A stretch of DNA of 32,000 bases from an uncultured Methanomicrobiales archaeon (GCA_963697895.1 OY969100.1:333085-365084); one strand, 5' to 3'. Positions 9,718-19,973 are shown, numbered from the stretch's first letter. Program-made: numbers and translations. The notes: generated by a model from the sequence alone, not told the origin.

Positions 9718-9724
9718 GGCTGAA

Positions 9725-9762
9725 AAGAGAATAATAATTAATCTTAAATAATAATTTGCAAG
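9725..9762 (-). promoter_or_regulatory. AT-rich promoter block conserved upstream of both TPR genes, copy 2
   Basis: The plus strand reads aagagaataataattaatcttaaataataatttgcaag. See copy 1. Confidence 0.5.
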
Positions 9763-10259
9763 TCTTTATTGCATAATATATCGGTTGAGCAGCCTTGCTT
9801 TGCAGTATTGCACTGGTTCTCTGCCTTGCATCATTGATGGGCAGAAGAAAAAAGAATTATCATGAGACGATCTTCTGATGAACCCATACTAAAAAAATCA
9901 GGGTTGGTATTCGGTCAATTCTCATTGTACTGGGTAGGTTACCCGGCGTCTCTACCTATCGCTCCGGAGTCTTAGACCCCGGGAAAAGAGATATCCCCGT
10001 GAATTCCAGAGAGCGGTAATCTGTGAGGCGAATACAGATCTTCCGGACTCATCCCCTTTCCCAAGAAATCTGAGTAGTGTTTCTTTTCACGACAATGTTG
10101 TTTCCCCGAATTTCCTGGCCAATTTAAACTCTTTTTAAGATGGAAGAGTGGCCAGGGTGCTTCCTCTTACCCATCAGAGGGCAAAGATCCATTTTCCGAT
10201 GGATATCATAAAAAAATTTGCCCGTCACTTCTGCCATGCAGATGCCTGATTCGGGAATG

Positions 10260-10270
10260 TTTAAATAAAT
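10260..10270 (+). promoter_or_regulatory. TATA box candidate for the HTH-PAS gene
   Basis: TTTAAATAAAT is centred about 32 nt upstream of ATG 10296 and is close to the archaeal TTTAWATA consensus. Confidence 0.4.
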
Positions 10271-10295
10271 CTCATGAAAAAGGGATGATATAATA

Positions 10296-13200
10296 ATGGA
10301 ACTGGATCAGGATAAATTACGGAAGATCAGGAGTCTCCTTAAATTAAACCAGAAGGGGCTTAGTATTACCGAAATATCCTCGCGGCTTAAATTAAACAGG
10401 AATTCGGTCGCTAAGTATCTTGAACTGCTCTCCATATCAGGTCAGGTGGAGATGCATTCATACGGCTCCGCAAAGGTTTTTTATCTCTCGCAAAGGATTC
10501 CGTTATCAGCAATCCTTAATTTCTCATCAGATCTGGTCCTGATCCTGGATAACGATTGGAAGATCATTCAGATCAATGATCAATTCCTCCAGTTTTTCGA
10601 AGAAAAAAGGGAAAATATCATCGGAAAGGTGATCCAGGAGGTACCGGTTGATTTTGTCAGGAATCTCCCTGTGCAGGAGGTGATGAGCCAGGATAAGACC
10701 GAAGGAGAGACGATAACCGAGAAAGAGACGGTCATCCGGGGTGAGCCCCATTATTTCAGGATAAAATTTATTCCGTCCATCTTTGATGATGGCAGCGAAG
10801 GGCTCACGATCATTTTGGAGGATATCTCCAAAGATAAATGGCACGAACGCGAGCTTCAGATAAACGAGGCGAGATACCGGGCTATCGTGGAAGACCAGAC
10901 CGAGTTGATCACGCGGTTCAGGGGAGACGGCACGCTGACATTCGTAAATGAATCATGCTGCCGCTATTTCAACCGAGAACGCGGGGAACTCGTGGGATTT
11001 AATATGTTCTCCCTTATCCCGGAAAAAGACAGGGAATTCGTGAAGGACCAGTTCACTTCTATCACCTGTGAACATCCTGTTATTACCCTCGAACACCGGG
11101 TCATGCACCCTGAACTGGGTATCCGGTGGCAGCAATGGACCAACCGGGGCATCTGCGACGATGATGGGCAGATCATCGAGTACCAGGGAACCGGCAGGGA
11201 TGTCAGCGACAGGCGCGCGGCGGAAGAGAAAGCCTCACGATATTCAGCGGAGATGAAATTCCTTTCGGAGACGGCGATGTCTTTCGTCCGGGTCGCAGAC
11301 GAGACAGATATCTACCGGATCATCGGGGAAAATCTGAGACCGATCACTCCTCCGGATGCAATTATAATGCTCGAATCCTATGAGCGATCGAACAACACGG
11401 TGACTATCCGTGCTGTCCTGGACGAGAATGTCCGTGAAGAACTCATTTCCGTGCTCAAACGGGATCCGGTCGGATTGGTCTTCCCCAACGAAGAATCCCT
11501 GGGGCTGGGACTCCGGGCCGGTTCGTTCATTCATCTGACCGGAGGGCTCTCCGGGGATATCCGTCGGGTTTTGTCTGCTCAGATCCCGGAACAGACTCTG
11601 TGATGCCCTGGCCGAAAAACTCAAAATCGGAGACATATTTATATTCGGCCTTATATCTGACCACGGAGATTTCTTCGGGCATGCGATAATAATATGCAGG
11701 ACAGGAAAGCCGGTGGAGAACACGGGTATCATATCAGCCTATCTGAACCAGGCGTCTATCGCAGTACAGCGGGATTTTATGGAGGTAAAGCTTCGGAAGA
11801 GCGAGGAACAATTCAGGAATGTCGCAGAACTGTCTCCTTTCCCGGTATCCATCATAGACGCCAGTGATCGGTATGTGTATCTCAACGGGAGTTTCTTGCG
11901 GACCTTTGGTTACTCTGTCGAGGATATCCCGAACGGTGAAGCATGGTTCTCCCTCGCCTTTCCGGATCCGGAACTCAGGAGGAAGGCCAAAATCACCTGG
12001 AAGACGGATCTAGCCCGTGCTCTCCCGGGGGAAGTAAGACCACGGATATTTCCGGTAGTTACGAAAACCGGGGACTCCCGGGAGGTCCTGTTCCGGCCGG
12101 TGAAAATGTCGGATGGAAGACATTTCATCCTGTATGAAGATATCACCGAACGCCAGAAGTCAGAAAAAACCCGGAATCTTCTCGCTGCGATCGTTCAGTA
12201 TTCGGATGATGCGATCATCAGCAAGGCAACAAACGGCACAATAATGAGCTGGAATCCTGGCGCCGAGCGGTTGTTCGGATACGATGCGGAAGAGGTTGTC
12301 GGACAGTCCATCATGATCATTATTCCACAAAACCTCCACGAGGGAGAGCGGGATATACTGGACCGCGTGCGGAGAGGGGAGCATATCGCAGATTTCGAAA
12401 CCCTCCGGGTCCGGAAAGACGGGAAAGTCCTCAACGTATCTGAAAGCATATCCCCGATCTGCGATGAGAATTATGCTGTTGTGGGGGCTTCTTCGATCGT
12501 CCGGGATATTACCGAACTGAAAGCCGAGGAGAAACTGAAGGAAACCGAGGAACGGTACCGATCTCTCGTGGAAAATATCAATGTCGGTGTATATCGAAGC
12601 ACCGGTGACCCGGAAGGACGATTCGTCTGGGGAAATTCGTCCCTTGTTGAGATTCTCGGATGTGCATCCCTCGAAGTGCTGCAACAGGTCCCGGTGTCGG
12701 AGTTGTTCGTTATACCGGATGGGAGGAAAGAACTGCTGGACAAGTTAGAAAAACAGGGCTTTGTGAAAAACCAGGAGATCCATCTGAGACGATGTGACGG
12801 AACCCCTATCTGGGTACACGTCACCGCAACCGCACGGTTTTCCGAGACGGGGGAAATCGAGGTGATCACCGGTATCGTCGAAGATATCACCGAATGGAGG
12901 AAGATTAAGCAGGATCTGCAGGTGGCGCAAAAAGCGATTCAACATCTGGTGGAATGTAACCCTGACCCCTCCTGTGCGGTTGGGGGGGACCGGAAAGTGA
13001 TCGCCTGGAACAGAGCGATGGAAAAAGCGACCGGATTAACAAAAGCCGAAATAATCGGAAGATCGGGACTTGCGGAAGTAATGCCACAACTCGGGATAAA
13101 GCGGTCCCTGCTGGACGAACTCCTGGACCTTCCCCCGGAGGTATTGAAGGAACAATATCCTGATTGTTCTTCAATTCGGAGAATAACACCGGCAGAACCG

Positions 13201-13329
13201 ACAGAGCTGAGGGCTTTCGGGAACAATGAGGAACTCGAGGAGAAGATCTGCCTGTTTTATGGCCCGGACGGGAAATGCCATGGTGGGGTTGTCACCATCA
13301 CTGCTCCTCCGAAGCGGGAATCTTCCTGA
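10296..13329 (+). pseudogene. HTH-PAS multi-domain one-component sensor/regulator of about 1010 aa, interrupted by a single +1 frame change near 11592-11600 (ORF halves 10296-11603 and 11539/11713-13329)
   Basis: The N-terminus has a winged-HTH (GLSITEISSRLKLNRNSVAKYLELLSISGQVE). At least five PAS/S-box modules follow (EARYRAIVEDQTELITRF, EEQFRNVAELSPFPVSIID, LLAAIVQYSDDAIISKATNG, EERYRSLVENINVGVYR and others). No HisKA/HATPase domain is present. The +1 frame is open from 11539. It reads ...LCDALAEKLKIGDIFIFGLISDHGDFFGHAIIICRTGKPVENTG... with no start codon across the supposed 110-nt gap. Confidence 0.8.
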
Positions 13330-13487
13330 GCGCGATCAGATATCGCCTGATTACTTCAAGAGACGATCTTGACATAATTTTCGTATTAATATTAGGAAAA
13401 AAACATATTAAGAGATCATCGGGTTGTTTACTCCCATCTCTTATTACCTGATTAACTCTTCATACGGCCCCTTTCCCGGGATCGGGT

Positions 13488-13829
13488 TCACCCGGAGCAC
13501 TCAAAGCCACAGGATTCCTGATCGAAGGCATGCGTCTCGATAACCCGTTCGAGAGATTTGAGAACAAAGGCATCGAATGAATCTACTCCTTCCCAGGTCT
13601 CGACCCGGTACGTATCTCCTTTTCCCGGATGGCGGAATGCAATCACCCCTCCCCCAGAATCCAGTGTCGAGATGTACTTTGTCGCGAGGACAGCGAACCG
13701 GTTCGTATTTTTCACCTTTTCTTTCAACCATATGGTCACGGTCCAGTACGGCGCGCCCTCATCCGTTTCCACCTTCGCGTCGTTCGCAATTTCGAACGCC
13801 TTAATCTGATCTTTTGTAGTTTGTTTCAT
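13488..13829 (-). CDS. Hypothetical small protein (113 aa), family not recognised
   Basis: The composition is protein-like. A GAGGA SD-like element sits about 7 nt upstream of the ATG. The gene is convergent with the PAS gene and divergent from the AIR-synthase-related gene. Confidence 0.55.
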   Translation of the reverse strand: MKQTTKDQIKAFEIANDAKVETDEGAPYWTVTIWLKEKVKNTNRFAVLATKYISTLDSGGGVIAFRHPGKGDTYRVETWEGVDSFDAFVLKSLERVIETHAFDQESCGFECSG

Positions 13830-13973
13830 CGCCGTTCCTCAATGGCATTGCCTCATATAGCCGACATCTTCTTAAATCTGTTGGTCACATCGCCGGTACC
13901 GTTCATTCCTGTCAGGAAATCAAACCCGGTATTCATGATATCCCTTTTAAAACTCCCGGGCGTACACCTCATC

Positions 13974-15327
13974 ATGGATGCAGAGGAGTACGTCCGCCGT
14001 CGGATCTGTTCCGGGGCCGGAGATGATGAGATCTGCCGGGGACTTCGTGACCATATCATCCGGATCAAGGGATCGGCACCCGCAGAAGCGGAAGCATTTT
14101 CCCGTGCAGTAATTGAAGAGGTCAGACACACGCTGGGACTGACCGGGGATCTCTTTCGTTTCTATCCTGCAGGAGTAAGAATGGGGGAATTTGGGGTAGG
14201 TTCGCGGGGTACGGGAGATTTTTTCACACACCGCCAGATTGCCCGTGTCATCGGAAAGACATCAGCGTTCGTCGGCGTCGATGAAATGGACGATGCAGGC
14301 GCCATCCGGTATCCTTCCCCCCGTGGCTCTTCTGCTTCAGAACAACCCTTCATCATCTGTACCGTGGACGGAATGCACAGCCGGTTGTCTGATTTTCCCT
14401 TTCTTGCGGGTTTTCATGTTACCCGGGCGACACTGAGGGATGTATACGTGATGGGCGCCCATCCGGTCATGCTCTTTTCCGATATCCATGTGGCCGACGA
14501 CGGAGATATAGCCAAGATCTTTGATTACACAGCCGGGATCACTGCAGTCGGCGAAGTGATGGGGGTTCCACTGGTGACGGGATCCACGCTACGGATCGGG
14601 GGAGATATGGTGCTCGGAAGCAGAATGACCGGGTGTGTGGGTGCCGTCGGTATTGCATCTCACCTGACTGCACGAAAGGACGCCCGGCCCGGTGACCGGA
14701 TCCTCATGACCGAAGGAGCGGGGGGAGGGACCATCGCGACAGACTGCCATCTACTCCGGATATCCTGAAGTTGTCGATCATACCATTAACATCGACTTCC
14801 TCCGGGCATGCGAGGCGCTGCTCAGGAGTGACGTAATTGCGGGCATCCACGCAATGACGGATGTTACGAACGGCGGGCTGCGGGGTGATGTGTATGAGAT
14901 CGCCGAGACTGCACAGTGCCGGATCGTCGTCGAGGAGGAACAGGTGGCCGGACTCGTCCAGCCGGATGTTCTCCGCATGCTCGAGGCGCTCCGGATCGAT
15001 TATCTCGGCGTCTCGCTCGACGCCCTCCTGATCATCGCTCCCCCGGATAATATCGACGGGATCATGCGGGTAGTCCGCTCAACGGGGGTCGCTATCCGCG
15101 AGATTGGCCGGGTCGAAGTTGGAAGACCGGTTGCGGTCCTCGAGTCCGGAGGGAAAAAGCACGATTTCTCTCCGCGGTTTCGGGAATCGGCTTACACGCC
15201 GGTAAAAAAAGTTGTGGACCGTTATACGCGGGAATTTGATGAAATGAGCCGGGGAGTCGAACAGGCAGCGACTGCGGCTATAGAAAAGAAGGAACGGATT
15301 AAAAACCGTCTGATGGCTGAGAGATAA
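13974..15327 (+). pseudogene. AIR synthase-related (PurM/HypE/SelD superfamily) protein of about 450 aa, interrupted by a single +1 frame change at 14739-14746 (ORF halves 13974-14768 and 14743/14854-15327)
   Basis: The N-domain contains VDEMDDAG and TVDGMHS. The C-domain contains PGDRILMTEGAGGGTIAT. The +1 frame then continues TAIYSGYPEVVDHTINIDFLRACEALLRSDVIAGIHAMTDVTNGGLRGD without a stop. I chose the start at ATG 13974 (MDAEEYVRRR) because the longer ORF-track start overlaps the opposite-strand gene. Confidence 0.8.
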
Positions 15328-15339
15328 CAGATACTCAGA

Positions 15340-16065
15340 TCATTCCGCCTTCGTCCCGCTTGCGCAGATATTGTATGCAAGATAGGGCAGGCGCTTCTCG
15401 ACGAAGGGTTCCACTTTTTTCGCCAGATCGTAGAGTGGATCTGCCAGATTAATATGGGCAAATGAGCATCTTTTCACGGTAATATTCTCAAAACCGGCCG
15501 ATGAGAAGAGTTCTTCCATCTCCCGTTCTGAATAGTAATGCTCTCCAAATGCACCCATTCCGACGTGCCGGATCCTCATTGCCTCCCCGATGGAATAGAT
15601 GGCGGGAAGACCACGAGTAAGGAGATTTTTTCCGAGGGTACACACGGAAACGGTTCCTCCCGGCCGAAGCACCCGCTGGACCTCATCGAGCATCATTTCA
15701 GGTTTCTTCAGATAACTGAACGCAAGCAGACTGGAAACGGCGTCGAACGAGTTCTTTCTGAATGGCAGGAATTCGGCATTTCCAAGGGTGAACTGGCTCG
15801 TGCGGCACCGTACCTGTGCCTTTTCGATCATTCCCCGGCTGATGTCGAGTCCGACCACGACCCCTCCCGAAGCGACATATCTCCGGACAAACAGTCCGGT
15901 ACCGCATCCCAGATCCAGAAGGCGTACCCCTTTGGGGATTCTCTCCATGACCGAGCGGCTGATATGGTTATAGTAACTGATACCGCGTTTCCGGTCGTAC
16001 CGGTTGTCATAGACCTCGGCCATCTCGTCGTAATGCCGCTGAACCTTGGACTGCACAAGCGTCAT
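15340..16065 (-). CDS. Class I SAM-dependent methyltransferase (UbiE/Methyltransf_11-like)
   Basis: The ORF is 241 aa. Motif I is RLLDLGCGTG, and a post-I acidic loop VVGLDIS follows. The start shares an ATGA overlap with the upstream RFC-like gene (16062-16065). Confidence 0.8.
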   Translation of the reverse strand: MTLVQSKVQRHYDEMAEVYDNRYDRKRGISYYNHISRSVMERIPKGVRLLDLGCGTGLFVRRYVASGGVVVGLDISRGMIEKAQVRCRTSQFTLGNAEFLPFRKNSFDAVSSLLAFSYLKKPEMMLDEVQRVLRPGGTVSVCTLGKNLLTRGLPAIYSIGEAMRIRHVGMGAFGEHYYSEREMEELFSSAGFENITVKRCSFAHINLADPLYDLAKKVEPFVEKRLPYLAYNICASGTKAE

Positions 16066-17060
16066 GAGAAGATCTCCTGAATTATACGGGCGGAAAGCAT
16101 ATTCAGCTGAATATACTCATTGTTGCAATGGCCAATAATATAATCTGTTTCTCCGATGGCAGCTGCAATCCTCGGATCATTGTACTCCCTTCTGACAATC
16201 CCCCTCAGTTCCCGCAGAACTTCACGGGACGATAACCCGTATTCGATCATGAGAGACTCGAGACGGCGGTTCGCTGACTGCAGATCACCGGAACGCATTG
16301 CCATAAAGGCAGCAGCTGCCAACATACCGCTTTCACTCCGGGAAAAGAGCGTAAGATCGAACGGCTGGCCGGATTCCACTGCAACCTGAAGAAGCATTGT
16401 CGCCCTGCGGAGATCGCCCCTGGCGGCCTGTACAATAAGATCGACCTGATCGTCCGAACATACGGAGTCCCTGCGGGATTCCTCGTTAAGGATAGATTTC
16501 AGCCGGGCAAATACGAGATTTTCGGGGATAGGACCGCAAAAGAAAGGGAAACACCGTGAGCTGATTGCAGGTATGAGGCCCGTGGGGTGCGGCGTGCAAT
16601 ACACGAACCTGCAGGTTCTTGAGAACCGTTCCATGATCCGGCGTAATGCCTGCTGTGCTTCTCTCGATAATGCGGCGGCATCATCGATGACTATCAGCTT
16701 GAACTCCGTATCGAGAGGGCGCTGGGATGCATACCACTTGACGATGTACTTGAAATTAGAAAGAAGGCTCTGGTCTTTCTGGTACAAATGGGCGTATCGC
16801 TCGTCCTGCTGCAGATACTGCTTTCCAAGGGAGAAGAAATCGCCGGCCTGGAAGAGCGGAGCATTTTCACACCAGTTATCTGCATACAGGCTCCGGGACA
16901 GACATTCGACGCAGATACTTTTTCCCGTTCCCGGCGGACCGGTGAAGAGGAGATGGGGGACACTCCTTGTCCGGGCAAAGGACCGGAGCCGATCGACAAC
17001 CGGATCCTGCCCGATAATATCTTCAAATGTTCTGGGGCGGTACTTCTCAATCCAGAGCAT
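16062..17060 (-). CDS. Divergent replication factor C small-subunit paralogue (AAA+ clamp-loader-like)
   Basis: It begins MLWIEKYRPRTFEDIIGQ. Walker A is GPPGTGKS and the SRC motif is present. Walker B reads IDDAAAL instead of LDEADAL. An insertion of about 20 aa lies between Walker A and B. I chose the start at ATG 17060 because GGGAGGG lies 8 nt upstream. That start lies inside the 3' end of the upstream gene. Confidence 0.75.
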   Translation of the reverse strand: MLWIEKYRPRTFEDIIGQDPVVDRLRSFARTRSVPHLLFTGPPGTGKSICVECLSRSLYADNWCENAPLFQAGDFFSLGKQYLQQDERYAHLYQKDQSLLSNFKYIVKWYASQRPLDTEFKLIVIDDAAALSREAQQALRRIMERFSRTCRFVYCTPHPTGLIPAISSRCFPFFCGPIPENLVFARLKSILNEESRRDSVCSDDQVDLIVQAARGDLRRATMLLQVAVESGQPFDLTLFSRSESGMLAAAAFMAMRSGDLQSANRRLESLMIEYGLSSREVLRELRGIVRREYNDPRIAAAIGETDYIIGHCNNEYIQLNMLSARIIQEIFS

Positions 17061-17778
17061 GCTCCAGTCCCTCCCTGATCTCACGCTTTGCCTCCTGCAA
17101 GAGATAATGGTTATCCAGAGAACTGATCAGTTCTGCTGCCTCTTCCGGTTCGATCTCCCGGCAGCCACGGGTTATCTCCGGAAGCGCCCGGCAAACCTCG
17201 TCGACGATGGTAAGGGTGGCCGTCCGGGATGTTCGGGAGAGCGGATTGAGGTCGATCGCAATCACCTGTTTTCCCATCGCCCGGAGGGCTCCACACCGAT
17301 CACCGTCCTCGAGGGGTACCAGAATGAGATCTGCCGAGCCGATGCCTCCGGGCAGGCACCACGCTCTCTCATGGGAAAGGGGAATCAGACGCTGGGGTGT
17401 TCCGTTAAGTACAGAGACGTCGCAGGACTCCAGAAGATCGGTAATCCGGCGAATCCGCTCTTCTGTCCGGTGGAAGAGGTTGACCTCGACCAGCGCGCCG
17501 GATGCACGTTGCAGACGGGCGATCTCCCGTGCTGCGAGCCCCGCCGTATTCCCGTTCACAGAGATCACCGGCCGTCTGGCGGAAATAAGCATCGCTGCAG
17601 CGATCCGTTCCGCAATCGCTGCGCTTTCCGTTGTCTTTTCTCCTATCATATAATCAAATGCCTCTCCGCGTCCGTGTGCAACGAGCCCCTCAAAAGATAG
17701 AATTCCCTCGCGGGCAAGCAGAGAAAGCCGTTCACGCGTCACCAGGGAACGGTAACGAGGATGGTCCTCCGGTATCAT
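17047..17778 (-). CDS. Archaeal phosphopantothenate synthetase (4-phosphopantoate--beta-alanine ligase)
   Basis: The ORF is 243 aa. Family-typical motifs are HPRY, AHGRGEAFDY, SVNGNTA, NLFHRT, LEDGDR and IDLNPLSRT. It shares an ATGA overlap with the upstream pantoate kinase gene (17775-17778). Confidence 0.85.
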   Translation of the reverse strand: MIPEDHPRYRSLVTRERLSLLAREGILSFEGLVAHGRGEAFDYMIGEKTTESAAIAERIAAAMLISARRPVISVNGNTAGLAAREIARLQRASGALVEVNLFHRTEERIRRITDLLESCDVSVLNGTPQRLIPLSHERAWCLPGGIGSADLILVPLEDGDRCGALRAMGKQVIAIDLNPLSRTSRTATLTIVDEVCRALPEITRGCREIEPEEAAELISSLDNHYLLQEAKREIREGLEHALD

Positions 17779-18674
17779 TTTTCCACCCCGCAGAGACGAA
17801 AGCCTTCTGAAGCGACATGAAGACGGTAGACTTCCCCGAATGGTGAGAGCACAGAGATTGCCTGTTTGCCGAGAGCAAAAACACCGTTACCGAGCATCGT
17901 CATGCTTGAGGGGATCTCACTCGCATCACAGGCAGCTAACATCTCCCGGACCGGAGGCATAATCAGGCCGCTTCTCTCCGCGAAGATCCGGGATTTTCTG
18001 AAGAGATCCTGGGGATTTTCCGGGCAGCCACCGGGAAATGCCCGGTACACCGATTCCATAATCCCCGGGGAACCAAGAATAGTCGGAGTAGAAAGCGGAC
18101 TCCCTGTCACCACGGCGATCGTATCCGCGAGATCAAACCGCCTGATAATTCCTGCGCTGATACCGGGGCCGCAACGGCAGTCATATCCTCCACCCTGGCA
18201 TGCAGCGACATCCCCGAGTCCGGTTTGATGAACGATCTCCGATTCGTGTGCAAGTGCGGTACATTCCTCAGGCGAAAGGCCGATGGAGAAAAGGGCATTC
18301 AATGCAGTGGCTGAACCAAGGAGAGCGGCTGCACTCAACCCAAAACCGGCCCCGATAGGAAGGTGGCAGACTGTCCTGATCGATACCGTCACGTCCAGCA
18401 TGCCGATCAGGTATTCTACCGGCGGTGATCCGGCAATCTTCTCGACCACTTCGTTCCCCTGACCATACCGGTATATCATTACATCGGTAACCGGAGCGGG
18501 AGATGCGTACACGGTCACCCCTTCATCGATGACGATGCCTGCCCCGATGCTTCCACAGGTCTCCTCATCGTCTCCCATTACCGGGCGAAAATAACCCGAT
18601 ATATGACCCGGACAGAAAGCGACGGCAGTTTTGGACATATTCGGATCAACCCGCCGGAGGACGGTTCTTTTCAC
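17775..18674 (-). CDS. Archaeal pantoate kinase (GHMP kinase family)
   Basis: It contains AFCPGHISGYF and the GHMP motif LPIGAGFGLSAAA. The ORF-track start is GTG 18674. ATG 18638 (MSKTAVAF...) is an equally plausible start. Confidence 0.8.
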   Translation of the reverse strand: MKRTVLRRVDPNMSKTAVAFCPGHISGYFRPVMGDDEETCGSIGAGIVIDEGVTVYASPAPVTDVMIYRYGQGNEVVEKIAGSPPVEYLIGMLDVTVSIRTVCHLPIGAGFGLSAAALLGSATALNALFSIGLSPEECTALAHESEIVHQTGLGDVAACQGGGYDCRCGPGISAGIIRRFDLADTIAVVTGSPLSTPTILGSPGIMESVYRAFPGGCPENPQDLFRKSRIFAERSGLIMPPVREMLAACDASEIPSSMTMLGNGVFALGKQAISVLSPFGEVYRLHVASEGFRLCGVEK

Positions 18675-18779
18675 CCTTCAAAAAGGACGCGTATTAGCTT
18701 CGCCCTTTGATTATTAAAGCACTCGGGGAGCCGCGGGACCAATACGAACCCGTGCAGTGCCGGTTGTTCCACGAAAATT

Positions 18780-19973
18780 TCACCGTTCCCGGTTTTGCAT
18801 AATTTCCAGCACCCGTGACCAAATCGCATCAGCCGCATCTTCTTTCGTCCCGCTGCATCTGCCTCTCTGTTCCGCGGTGATCAGCCCGAAATCCCCGCCA
18901 GGGGCTCCCATTGCATCAGGGGTATTGGTCACCACGAGGGTAGCACCCCGGGAAAGCAGAGAAACTGCATCAGATTCCGGTTCCCACCCCATCTTGAAGG
19001 CGACGGTCAGCGGGTGGAACCCGTCGATCACCTCATTGAGAAGTTTCGGGAAAGGCTCGAGTTGTATCGTGGCACGACCTCCACTCTTCAGCTTACCCTG
19101 CAGTCGTTCCGGCGCAAAATCCGAGATAGCCGCCGAACTCACGTATATCTCAAATGCTTCATTCCGGAAAAGATCGAGCACAGCAGTCCGCATATCCCCG
19201 GCCGATGTAGCAGAAATATTCCTCACACAGGGGAACTTATCGCCATGGACAACCGTCACCTCGGCTCCGAGCCGGAACGCCTGGAGGGCAAGGGCTCTTC
19301 CCATCTGTCCGGTTGACCGTGTGGTGAGTACCCGCACATCATCAATGGGCTCCATGCACTTTCCACTCGTGATAAGCACCCGTATTTCAGCAAGGGGGTG
19401 GCCGAGAAGCGCCCGTTCGCACTCCAGCACAATTCCTTCACTATCAGAAATTTTTGCTTTTCCCTCTTCAATTCGAGGCTCAACAACGGAAATACCCCAA
19501 CTCATGAGGCGCTCGATCCCCGCGGTGACGGCAGGATGACGGTACATGCTTTCATGCATCGCCGGCACCAGGACGACCGGCATTCCCCTGCCTATCGCCG
19601 TCGTCGCGAAGGTGGTCACCGGGGTATCGTCGATTCCTGCGGCGATCTTCCCGATGGTGTTTGCCGTGCAGGGCGCGATGAGGAGAAGGTCTGCCCCTCC
19701 ACCCTCGCCACAATGGGCGACATGCTCTACGAGACCGGATATCTGCGTGATAACCGGCCTCTCCGTCGCATATACGAGGGCGTCCGGGTGTATGATCCTG
19801 GTCGCCGCTCCGCTCATTACAACAGTGACCCCTGCCCCGCGTCGCCGGAGCATATGCACGATCCTGACCGTTTCGACAGCTGCGATGCTTCCCGTTACTC
19901 CGAGGACGATCTCTTTTCCTTCGAGCGTTCGGAGGTTGTTCACCGGCATCTCACATCCTGTACCCAGTGCCAT
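18780..19973 (-). CDS. coaBC: Bifunctional phosphopantothenoylcysteine decarboxylase / phosphopantothenate-cysteine ligase
   Basis: The flavoprotein domain is GKEIVLGVTGSIAA...APCTANT. The DFP domain is ITSGKCMEPIDDVRVLTTRSTGQMG. An alternative start at ATG 19949 would shorten the overlap with the upstream gene. Confidence 0.88.
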   Translation of the reverse strand: MALGTGCEMPVNNLRTLEGKEIVLGVTGSIAAVETVRIVHMLRRRGAGVTVVMSGAATRIIHPDALVYATERPVITQISGLVEHVAHCGEGGGADLLLIAPCTANTIGKIAAGIDDTPVTTFATTAIGRGMPVVLVPAMHESMYRHPAVTAGIERLMSWGISVVEPRIEEGKAKISDSEGIVLECERALLGHPLAEIRVLITSGKCMEPIDDVRVLTTRSTGQMGRALALQAFRLGAEVTVVHGDKFPCVRNISATSAGDMRTAVLDLFRNEAFEIYVSSAAISDFAPERLQGKLKSGGRATIQLEPFPKLLNEVIDGFHPLTVAFKMGWEPESDAVSLLSRGATLVVTNTPDAMGAPGGDFGLITAEQRGRCSGTKEDAADAIWSRVLEIMQNRER

